Virus record (IMG/VR): IMGVR_UViG_3300042363_001100
Coordinates: 1 to 35,409 of that record
Length of the DNA stretch: 35,409 bases
From: a virus
Taxonomy: Duplodnaviria; Caudoviricetes
Strand: one strand, 5' to 3'
A model generated the notes under the pieces. It saw nothing but the letters and a program-made list of their open reading frames with translations, had not been told where the DNA came from and ran no database searches. Shown here piece by piece: positions 28,091 to 34,939 of this stretch. The stretch's first letter is position 1. Each line of letters opens with the position of its first letter. The position numbers and the translations under genes are program-made.

Positions 28091-28193
28091 ATTCTTCGCC
28101 TTTGTATTCTTCAAGCATATCAATTAGCTTTAGCAAAAAAGCTTGGTCTTTACTGTTATCAGTATCTAGTTCTAACTCTAGTTTAATTTTCAT
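28071..28193 (-). CDS. 40-aa small acidic protein (not in the ORF track)
   Basis: Manual translation MKIKLELELDTDNSKDQAFLLKLIDMLEEYKGEEYDNECE; bridges and overlaps both neighbours. Confidence 0.6.
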   Translation of the reverse strand: MKIKLELELDTDNSKDQAFLLKLIDMLEEYKGEEYDNECE

Positions 28194-28509
28194 CTATTAG
28201 ATCTTTTCTAAAACGGTCATCAACGGGTGCAGTAGCTTCTGCTTGACACACTGTTAGAATCATTAGCTGGGTCATTGCATGGTGCAAGTGTGGCAAACCG
28301 CTTTCAGGATCAATGTCTTCACCGTCATTCCAAGCAAGAAGATGACGCTGAATAGATGCGTAATGTCGTGACACTGGGAACTTGTTAAGATCGCGGCGCC
28401 AGTTGTTTTCGCCATATTTCTTTGCGCCAAAAGCAAAAACTTCAGCACACGCGATGATGGCTGAAGATGGCACAAGATTAATTGGTGGTTTACCTGTATC
28501 AAATTTCAT
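28183..28509 (-). CDS. DUF5664 / dATP-dGTP diphosphohydrolase-family protein
   Basis: KFDTGKP..LVP..VFAFGAKKYGENNWR..RHLLAW..GEDIDPESGLPHLHHA. Confidence 0.88.
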   Translation of the reverse strand: MKFDTGKPPINLVPSSAIIACAEVFAFGAKKYGENNWRRDLNKFPVSRHYASIQRHLLAWNDGEDIDPESGLPHLHHAMTQLMILTVCQAEATAPVDDRFRKDLIDEN

Positions 28510-29056
28510 TAGTGGCTCCTAATAGACTTATATAATTCTTATCTCTAGTATGATTATAATACATTTGTCCTTTATTGTAAACAGATTCTTGCATATAATT
28601 TTTAAAATTCTTACCAACTTTTGTAATAAACATCCAGTGAACTTCATAAAGATTTTCACCTAAGATTTTATAGTCACCTACAATAAAGTAGTCTACCAAA
28701 TCAATATTCTTTAAGAAAGTTTTGACATGGTTAGGATCAGTGTAAGAATACCATTTAGTTCTATCGTCTGATAAGAACTTTTTGCGCTTGATTTCAGCTT
28801 TATGCTCATCCCACAATACGTCCCATGCATATGAATCTGGATCCATTACGTTAAACTTCTTAGGATTTTTTGTTGCGCCTTGATGACACAATGCAAATTC
28901 TAGAATAGAGCCAGCCTTAGAAGCAGCAAAACACCGCTCAAAAGAACGGCCTCTGCTTCTTACTGGGCAATTACTAATTTCTTGCGCTTGTATTTTAAGA
29001 GATTCTATTTCTTCGTCAGTCATAGAATATATGATTGGCCGCGGCAACTTGATCAT
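28499..29056 (-). CDS. Hypothetical protein, possible PD-(D/E)xK-like fold
   Basis: 185-aa ORF in the operon. E...WDV...AEIK is only weakly reminiscent of a nuclease motif. Confidence 0.7.
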   Translation of the reverse strand: MIKLPRPIIYSMTDEEIESLKIQAQEISNCPVRSRGRSFERCFAASKAGSILEFALCHQGATKNPKKFNVMDPDSYAWDVLWDEHKAEIKRKKFLSDDRTKWYSYTDPNHVKTFLKNIDLVDYFIVGDYKILGENLYEVHWMFITKVGKNFKNYMQESVYNKGQMYYNHTRDKNYISLLGATNEI

Positions 29057-29057
29057 T

Positions 29058-29107
29058 AATTATACCTAATTATACTCAATTATATTGAATTATACTCAAT
29101 TATACCC
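29058..29107. repeat. Five tandem 10-bp units AATTATAnnn (TATAAT on the - strand)
   Basis: AATTATACCT AATTATACTC AATTATATTG AATTATACTC AATTATACCC. Confidence 0.9.
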
Positions 29108-29284
29108 ACGCACAATATTCAGTTCGCTTTCTAACTCTTTAATCTTTGCAAGAATTCTATTGTATCCTGCATTGTGTAAAGCCATTTCATAACTACCATC
29201 ATTACAACCTTCCCAATAAGAGTTGTGTTGTCTAATAGCAGCAGCTTTAGCCTTAAGCGATTCTATCGTATCTAGCTCATCCAT
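29096..29284 (-). CDS. Hypothetical protein (MDELDTIESL...)
   Basis: Start trimmed to the ATG just after the upstream stop; 62 aa. Confidence 0.65.
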   Translation of the reverse strand: MDELDTIESLKAKAAAIRQHNSYWEGCNDGSYEMALHNAGYNRILAKIKELESELNIVRGYN

Positions 29285-29285
29285 A

Positions 29286-29543
29286 TCAAAGTTCTCTGAA
29301 GTGTTTTTTCCAAGTAGAACCAATCGTACCAAGACCAGTACCAGACATATACACTTGCCACATAATGCGCGAAACCTCAGCAGGGCTCCAGGCTTTTGAA
29401 ATGTCACATTGCAATCTTGCAAGAACAGCTTTCTTTGTTTTTGTGACATCAATCAGTGATACTGCAAGTTCCTTTGCATCTTCCAAAGGAAGTTTGTCAA
29501 GCGAACGAAGAGCGTCAATATCCATTTCAGCAGTTTTAGCCAT
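29286..29543 (-). CDS. Hypothetical early protein
   Basis: 85 aa with AAGGA RBS. Confidence 0.75.
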   Translation of the reverse strand: MAKTAEMDIDALRSLDKLPLEDAKELAVSLIDVTKTKKAVLARLQCDISKAWSPAEVSRIMWQVYMSGTGLGTIGSTWKKHFREL

Positions 29544-29557
29544 TTTAAGTTTTCCTT

Positions 29558-29842
29558 TTAACGATCGTAAACGTAGACATCAGCATGTTGTGCGTCAGGA
29601 AGACGAACAGACTGGCAATTGCTGTATCCACCGTTTTTCCAAGAACCTCGGCGGTATTTCCAAGCGTTAGGATTGTCTTCGCCCAAACGGCCTTGCAATT
29701 TAACATAAGAATTTGTGCCGCATTTAGCGTTACAAATTTTAACGATATTTTTAATACTCGCAAGAGTTTCTTGATCTTCTGGAGCAACTTGACCGTTAAT
29801 CATTTTAACGGTGGCGATATATGAGGTAGATATTCGTTTCAT
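29558..29842 (-). CDS. Hypothetical early protein
   Basis: 94 aa; first gene after a sigma70 promoter. Confidence 0.75.
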   Translation of the reverse strand: MKRISTSYIATVKMINGQVAPEDQETLASIKNIVKICNAKCGTNSYVKLQGRLGEDNPNAWKYRRGSWKNGGYSNCQSVRLPDAQHADVYVYDR

Positions 29843-29874
29843 TTTAAAGGTCTCTTTGTTTCGTTGTATGATTA

Positions 29875-29903
29875 ATTATACATCATTTCAAAGCAAATGT
29901 CAA
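29875..29903 (-). promoter_or_regulatory. Sigma70 early promoter
   Basis: TTGACA-17 bp-TATAAT. Confidence 0.9.
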
Positions 29904-29913
29904 CACTTTTTAA

Positions 29914-29935
29914 AAAGTGTATCATTTTTGACACA
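29914..29935. repeat. 22-bp operator-like repeat, copy 1
   Basis: AAAGTGTATCATTTTTGACACA, identical to 30680-30701; 10 bp upstream of a -35 box. Confidence 0.85.
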
Positions 29936-30170
29936 AAACAGTCTCATTTATTAGATTTACAAAAACTTTATAGGCCTCTGGTTGGCTTGAATAGCTTCTG
30001 CTTGGTAGACCCATCACTTCAGTCAATCCAGTGACTCCAGAGCCTTCTAGCTTACCCCAGAGCCACTGATTCTTATTGAATCCTTCGTCATCTGGGTAGA
30101 TTTCATTCACAAGCACATATCCTATGTACTCGTACGATTCGTCAAAATAGGTAAGTGCAGTAATAGACAT
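29922..30170 (-). CDS. Hypothetical protein
   Basis: 82-aa ORF co-oriented with the early genes. Confidence 0.65.
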   Translation of the reverse strand: MSITALTYFDESYEYIGYVLVNEIYPDDEGFNKNQWLWGKLEGSGVTGLTEVMGLPSRSYSSQPEAYKVFVNLINETVLCQK

Positions 30171-30181
30171 TTTAATACCAA

Positions 30182-30334
30182 TTAATTAAGTTCTTCTTCG
30201 GCAGATTCCATGACTTCTTTAATCTCTGTGACTAGGTCAACAGGCACGTTTAGAGCAGTAGCAATCGCTAGTATCGGAACTCCTTCCGCTACTAGTTCTT
30301 GTACTTCAATAATCAGTTCAGACATCATAGACAT
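30182..30334 (-). CDS. 50-aa small protein, possible HTH-like (not in the ORF track)
   Basis: Manual translation MSMMSELIIEVQELVAEGVPILAIATALNVPVDLVTEIKEVMESAEEELN; AAGG RBS. Confidence 0.65.
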   Translation of the reverse strand: MSMMSELIIEVQELVAEGVPILAIATALNVPVDLVTEIKEVMESAEEELN

Positions 30335-30346
30335 GTGATAATACCT

Positions 30347-30610
30347 TTACTGTGTGTAGCCAAGTTGCATGAATTCTTCTGCTTCTTTCTTAGAAACATT
30401 AGAAACGCGAAGAACATCTTCCAGAGTTTTAGGGCCGAACACGGTACCAAAACGAGTAAGAGCATCGCCAAAAGTACTCATTCGGTTTGAGCGAGCGATT
30501 TCGTCATCTCGCAAACCTTTCATCGGCATTTTTTCGCTGATGTCCATAAGTTTACGACCAACAGCTGCAATGATCTGTTCATTTTTAGAAGAACCAAACG
30601 AGCTTTTCAT
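30347..30610 (-). CDS. Hypothetical early protein
   Basis: 87 aa, AAGGA RBS, behind a sigma70 promoter. Confidence 0.75.
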   Translation of the reverse strand: MKSSFGSSKNEQIIAAVGRKLMDISEKMPMKGLRDDEIARSNRMSTFGDALTRFGTVFGPKTLEDVLRVSNVSKKEAEEFMQLGYTQ

Positions 30611-30639
30611 AATCTATTCCTTTTGATTGATATATATCT

Positions 30640-30668
30640 ATTATACACTAGTTTTTGATGTTTGTCAA
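30640..30668 (-). promoter_or_regulatory. Sigma70 early promoter
   Basis: TTGACA-17 bp-TATAAT. Confidence 0.9.
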
Positions 30669-30679
30669 AAATTGTTTTG

Positions 30680-30705
30680 AAAGTGTATCATTTTTGACAC
30701 ACTTT
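30680..30705. repeat. 22-bp operator-like repeat, copy 2 (extended imperfect palindrome)
   Basis: AAAGTGT-ATCA-TTTT-TGAC-ACACTTT; 11 bp upstream of a -35 box. Confidence 0.85.
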
Positions 30706-30722
30706 AACTGTATACCTTTGTA

Positions 30723-30887
30723 TTAGGCTTCAACAGGCTCTGGCTTCGCAAGTTTAGAGACCAGAAGATTGTACATTTGCATGACGTATGGATATACCAA
30801 TGCGCGTTGGCTAGCAGGAAGACTTTCCAAAATGTCCTGCATTTCTTCCATAGAAGTGGGAGTGTAAAACAAGCCGATCGGTTTCAT
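30723..30887 (-). CDS. Hypothetical early protein (MKPIGLFYTP...)
   Basis: AAGGA RBS before the ATG at 30887; start trimmed to lie downstream of the promoter. Confidence 0.7.
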   Translation of the reverse strand: MKPIGLFYTPTSMEEMQDILESLPASQRALVYPYVMQMYNLLVSKLAKPEPVEA

Positions 30888-30911
30888 ATTGTTTCCTTTA
30901 TTGAAGTATAG

Positions 30912-30940
30912 ATTGTACACTAGTTCTGAAGCTTTGTCAA
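30912..30940 (-). promoter_or_regulatory. Sigma70 early promoter
   Basis: TTGACA-17 bp-TACAAT. Confidence 0.85.
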
Positions 30941-30944
30941 CAGT

Positions 30945-31058
30945 TTATTTCAAAATAAACCAAAGAAAAGCTGCACAAAATGTTAACTGTAGTATACATG
31001 CTACAATGACAATTGTTACGTCTTGCCACGAACTGAAATATGCTGGTCCTATATACAT
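30945..31058 (-). CDS. 37-aa hydrophobic membrane peptide (not in the ORF track)
   Basis: Manual translation MYIGPAYFSSWQDVTIVIVACILQLTFCAAFLWFILK; starts 1 nt after the upstream stop. Confidence 0.55.
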   Translation of the reverse strand: MYIGPAYFSSWQDVTIVIVACILQLTFCAAFLWFILK

Positions 31059-31059
31059 A

Positions 31060-31422
31060 TCAAAGATTACGTGAGAAAGATACAAAACCAATAGAAGCAA
31101 CAACAGTCATTTGGCCGTCTTCGTCAACGATGATATCACCAACTGATACAGAAGACATTGGCGCAATGCGTTCAATGCTTTCCATAGGACCGATGTTACC
31201 AATCTCAAAAACTTGATTCAGGTTGTTAGCTTCAATGTTAGCTACATGAGTGTAGTAGCCAGCTTCGAAAGCGTCATATGCTAGCTTTTCAATGCGATTG
31301 CCGCTGTAGTCCATAGTCATGTCAAGTCTTGCAACGTTTGCTGGAACGGCATCGTGGCCTTTGGCGTTGATCAAATCTATTTCAGAATCTGACAACTGGA
31401 TCTGGTAAACTGCGTACTTCAT
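31060..31422 (-). CDS. Early protein with YodL-like domain
   Basis: YAVYQI...LNQVFEIGN...MSSVSVGDIIV...VVASIGF resembles the YodL pattern. Confidence 0.6.
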   Translation of the reverse strand: MKYAVYQIQLSDSEIDLINAKGHDAVPANVARLDMTMDYSGNRIEKLAYDAFEAGYYTHVANIEANNLNQVFEIGNIGPMESIERIAPMSSVSVGDIIVDEDGQMTVVASIGFVSFSRNL

Positions 31423-31448
31423 AGAGGTATCCTTTCAAACTATAGTTT

Positions 31449-31477
31449 ATTATACATCAGTTTGCAGCAGTTGTCAA
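31449..31477 (-). promoter_or_regulatory. Sigma70 early promoter with upstream phased A-tracts
   Basis: TTGACA-17 bp-TATAAT. T-runs on + at about 31482, 31492 and 31502 form a UP-element-like region. Confidence 0.9.
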
Positions 31478-31510
31478 CAGTTTTTTGGGCTTTTTGAACT
31501 ATTTTTGGCC

Positions 31511-31518
31511 TATAAATA
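31511..31518 (+). promoter_or_regulatory. T4-type late promoter TATAAATA
   Basis: Exact consensus immediately upstream of the accessory enzyme operon. Confidence 0.75.
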
Positions 31519-31549
31519 TAAAAATAACTACAGAATGAGATATATTAAA

Positions 31550-32119
31550 ATGAAATATTTTATGCCATTAAATTACCCTATATTTCCTAATATAATGAAA
31601 GAATTAACTAGCTTATTAGAATCTGGCCAATTATATTGGACTAATAATCAAATATGTCTTAATACTATTCATAATGAACCAAATAATTTTTCATTAGGTA
31701 CTGGCAGTTTAGAAAAAGATTGGTCAAACTCGAATATTATAGAAAATAAAACAGGCCAAATAATACACGTTAATAAAAAACCGATTATCTTTAAAGAATC
31801 TGAATTTACATATCTTTGTGATATATTTAAAAATACTGAATTTGAAAAAATCTATAATATGTTAGTTAGCAAACATAATGTGGGTAGAATACGTATTATG
31901 AAAATTGATCCTAAAAAATGCATGAGTTGGCATAGTGATCGTAGTAAACGTATTCATTATGTATTATCAACATCTCGAGGTGCTAATTTAGTTGTTGAAG
32001 ATGAAATAAAATTCTTAGAATTAAATTCTTGGTATTTAGTTGATACTACAAAAAATCATACCGCTTTTAATGCGTCAATGAGTTCTCGTATTCATTTAGT
32101 GGCTGTTATAAATGACTGA
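31550..32119 (+). CDS. 2OG-Fe(II) oxygenase, Asp/Asn beta-hydroxylase-like
   Basis: GRIRIM..SWHSD..RIHY..HTAFNAS...RIHLV (HxD..H..R). Start uncertain (ATG at 31535, 31550 or 31562); the track TTG lies upstream of the promoter. Confidence 0.8.
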   Translation: MKYFMPLNYPIFPNIMKELTSLLESGQLYWTNNQICLNTIHNEPNNFSLGTGSLEKDWSNSNIIENKTGQIIHVNKKPIIFKESEFTYLCDIFKNTEFEKIYNMLVSKHNVGRIRIMKIDPKKCMSWHSDRSKRIHYVLSTSRGANLVVEDEIKFLELNSWYLVDTTKNHTAFNASMSSRIHLVAVIND

Positions 32120-32708
32120 TTTAATTACTGTTGATTTGTGCAAAACATCTGATTATAATAGTGTGTGGGAAAATTGTTTAGACTTTATAAATACCCAGTG
32201 TAAGACTGATAAGTTATACGAAAACTATCGTAATTTAAATCCAAATGATTTTATATCATTGCCTGTTGCAATTTTAAATGATGAAATAATAGCATTTAGT
32301 GGAGCAGAAATAAAACCAAAATTATGGGGACCTTTTATTTCTAGAATAAGTTCTAAATTTTGGTTGCATCCTAAAGTTAGAACTAAATCTTTTACTAAAT
32401 TTAATCCTAATAGAAATGTTTGGTACAATAGTAAATATTTAATTCCATATCAATTGGCTGAAATTAAGCGATTAGAAATTCCGCATGTGTTTATTAGTAG
32501 ACAAGGTAAGTATCAAAAAAGTTTTCAGCAATATATATCTCTAGTAAATACTAATAATAATGTAAACTTTGAAATTCTTAAAAACAAATATAATGTCTGT
32601 GGCTCGCAGGTTAATACACCTGAGTGTTATCAAACTATTGCAATGTATTCTTTTGAAACAAACTTATATGAAACGACATTGGCGGAGGAAACTCTCTTAA
32701 CATTATGA
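32112..32708 (+). CDS. Hypothetical protein, possible GNAT-like fold
   Basis: Beta strand IIAFSGA followed by RISSKFWLHPKVR is reminiscent of GNAT motif A; tentative. Confidence 0.5.
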   Translation: MTDLITVDLCKTSDYNSVWENCLDFINTQCKTDKLYENYRNLNPNDFISLPVAILNDEIIAFSGAEIKPKLWGPFISRISSKFWLHPKVRTKSFTKFNPNRNVWYNSKYLIPYQLAEIKRLEIPHVFISRQGKYQKSFQQYISLVNTNNNVNFEILKNKYNVCGSQVNTPECYQTIAMYSFETNLYETTLAEETLLTL

Positions 32709-33625
32709 CTAATTTTACACTTAATAATCACTTAGAATATTCAATAGGCGGCAGACTGTATGGATATAGAGAAAGCCCAATTGAAAAATTTGAAGTAAAA
32801 TTAGGAGCGGTTGATCCTCATCAATATAGAAAAAGCTCTTATGAAGAAGAACTTAGAAGAACTGCTGATACTGTATATCGCGAGTTTGGTAAAGACTTAG
32901 TAGTGTTTTTATCAGGCGGAACTGATAGCGAAATTGTAATTAACAATTTTCTATCGATAGGAGTGAAGCCCAAGTGTGTTACATTAAAATTTGTAGGCGG
33001 ATATAACGAAGACGATGTTAATGAAGCAATTAGAATTTCTAAAGAATTAGATCTTGATTTACACGTTATTGATTTTGATATTAAAGAATTCTTTTATTCA
33101 GGACAATCAACTGAATTTGGAGAACAAATACAGTGCACTCAAATAACATACAACATGTGTTATTACAACATTATGAAATTATCTGTACCAGCTGTTATGG
33201 GTGGTGAAGCATTATTAACAAGAAATGTCTCAGCACAAGGAAGCTATTGGTACTATACATTTAGAGAAAATGAAGATGCTAGTGCAATGAGGTTCACTAA
33301 TAAATTTGGTATACCTTTAGTAAATGAGTGGTTTAGCTACACTCCTGAATTATTGTTATATTATTTACAAACTCCACAAATTCAGCAGCTAGTAAACACT
33401 CGATTTAATTATAAACTATCTTCAGTATCTAGTAAAAACGCAATTTTAAAATTACTTTGCCCATACGTTACTGAAAAGAAAAAAACACATGGATTTGAAA
33501 GTTTGGTAGGATTTAATTATGCAGCCTATAAAGACGTTGAAAAGCATTTAATTAAACGATTAGAACCTAGTTTAGATGGAATTCCTTATTCAACAGCTCT
33601 TACTCAATTGAAATTAAAATTATGA
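32705..33625 (+). CDS. PP-loop adenine-nucleotide alpha-hydrolase-like protein (asparagine synthetase C-terminal-like, no glutaminase domain)
   Basis: LVVFLSGGTDSEIV PP-loop, VMGGE, KNAILK..KKTHGFE. Confidence 0.7.
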   Translation: MTNFTLNNHLEYSIGGRLYGYRESPIEKFEVKLGAVDPHQYRKSSYEEELRRTADTVYREFGKDLVVFLSGGTDSEIVINNFLSIGVKPKCVTLKFVGGYNEDDVNEAIRISKELDLDLHVIDFDIKEFFYSGQSTEFGEQIQCTQITYNMCYYNIMKLSVPAVMGGEALLTRNVSAQGSYWYYTFRENEDASAMRFTNKFGIPLVNEWFSYTPELLLYYLQTPQIQQLVNTRFNYKLSSVSSKNAILKLLCPYVTEKKKTHGFESLVGFNYAAYKDVEKHLIKRLEPSLDGIPYSTALTQLKLKL

Positions 33626-34218
33626 ACATTATAAAATTAGACAAATCTCATACTGATGCTATTAAACCACTGTTTAATACTAAAAACTATATGGGGCAAG
33701 ATATTTCTACGACTAACTTTTTTTATAAAGAAAAAATGGTTGAATTATATCATAAATCATTTTATACAACTTACCTATCTGATTCAACTAACTATCATGC
33801 TTTTGGTATGATAGACGAAAACAATAATATCGTAGCTTTAATATCATGTTATCAAAGTCCTGATGAACCGACGTGGTATGGAACCAACATACGATCTTCA
33901 GCCAAGGACCCAGAAATTGTAAGACAGTTGTTAGATAAAATGATATATTTTAACGAACAGCAGGGTCGATTAAAATTTTACACCTTATGGACTGCAAAGC
34001 ATGCTCGTCTGTTAAGAAGATTTGCTTTCAGTGATGAAACTAATGAAAGATACGACTACTTTGATGAGATGATAATTCCCGCACAAACGCGATGTTTCTA
34101 CAATAACTATTGGCAAATATTATTCAATAGAGTATTACTGCCTCATGATACTATAGTTCGATGTAGTTTTCTAAAACAGAAATATAGAAATAAACTTCAT
34201 GTTGGCGGCAATATATGA
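33622..34218 (+). CDS. Hypothetical protein, possible GNAT-like fold
   Basis: HAFGMIDENNNIVALISCY..WYGTNIRS..VRQLLDKMI..E..GRLKFYTL topology; tentative. Confidence 0.5.
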   Translation: MNIIKLDKSHTDAIKPLFNTKNYMGQDISTTNFFYKEKMVELYHKSFYTTYLSDSTNYHAFGMIDENNNIVALISCYQSPDEPTWYGTNIRSSAKDPEIVRQLLDKMIYFNEQQGRLKFYTLWTAKHARLLRRFAFSDETNERYDYFDEMIIPAQTRCFYNNYWQILFNRVLLPHDTIVRCSFLKQKYRNKLHVGGNI

Positions 34219-34878
34219 TTAGTGCGCCGAGATAAACTTACAATTAATTCCTTTTTTGTCAAAACCGTTTTCGTGGTGATTGCGCATTAGTTTAGAAACA
34301 GCGTCTTTTGTTTCTATGATTGATTTGTTTAGATATTTAGTAATCCAGTAATCAAATCCTACAAAATAAAAATCTCTATCAGAATTATTAGCAAACGCAT
34401 GTTGATCTGTTGCAGGAAAAAACTGAAATAACGTTCCTTGATTAAAATCTACTAACTTGTCATTGATTGATATATTACAATTATTAGAAGAATGCTTGCT
34501 TACAATAAATATGTTTCTAACAATATGTTTATGATACTTGAAATTGTCACGATGACGAAGCAGTTCTTTTTTCGGTGGCAATTTCCACACGCACATCCTG
34601 CCAAAAGGGCCAGTGTCACCTGTTAACAATCTTGCATAATTACAAAAATTTAAAGTTTCTGTTAAATTTTTATTATAATTAGTTTCTTCTAATAGCGCAG
34701 CTATCATAATTTCAAATTTAAAATAATTTAAATTTCCATTAACAAATTTCATGTAAGCTTGTTCAAAAATTTTATGTTCGGAGCTTTGCGGCAACCACCA
34801 CTCGTTTGCAGAATCTGCCAAGATTTCTTGTTCTATTTTGTTTGCCCAATCAATTTCGTTGTTTGTAATTATTTTCAT
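34219..34878 (-). CDS. 2OG-Fe(II) oxygenase / cupin, Asp/Asn beta-hydroxylase-like
   Basis: GRMCVWKLPP..LRHRD..RNIF..HAFANNS..FVGFD (HxD..H). Confidence 0.75.
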   Translation of the reverse strand: MKIITNNEIDWANKIEQEILADSANEWWLPQSSEHKIFEQAYMKFVNGNLNYFKFEIMIAALLEETNYNKNLTETLNFCNYARLLTGDTGPFGRMCVWKLPPKKELLRHRDNFKYHKHIVRNIFIVSKHSSNNCNISINDKLVDFNQGTLFQFFPATDQHAFANNSDRDFYFVGFDYWITKYLNKSIIETKDAVSKLMRNHHENGFDKKGINCKFISAH

Positions 34879-34902
34879 GAATTGCCTTAGTACTATAAGT
34901 AA

Positions 34903-34934
34903 TATTTATCCAGGCTCGTCTTCAATAATAAATA
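34903..34934. promoter_or_regulatory. Possible divergent late-type promoter cores (TAAATA on each strand)
   Basis: GATAAATA on - (34903-34910) and AATAAATA on + (34927-34934) in a 61-bp divergent gap. AT-rich context weakens the call. Confidence 0.4.
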
Positions 34935-34939
34935 GCATT

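Noticed and set aside
29058-29107. CRISPR array or mini-array
   Set aside because: The units are 10 bp and contiguous, with no spacers and no cas genes.
29096-29452. 118-aa version of this ORF, plus 29545-29787
   Set aside because: They overlap better-supported genes in other frames; only the 29284-start portion was kept.
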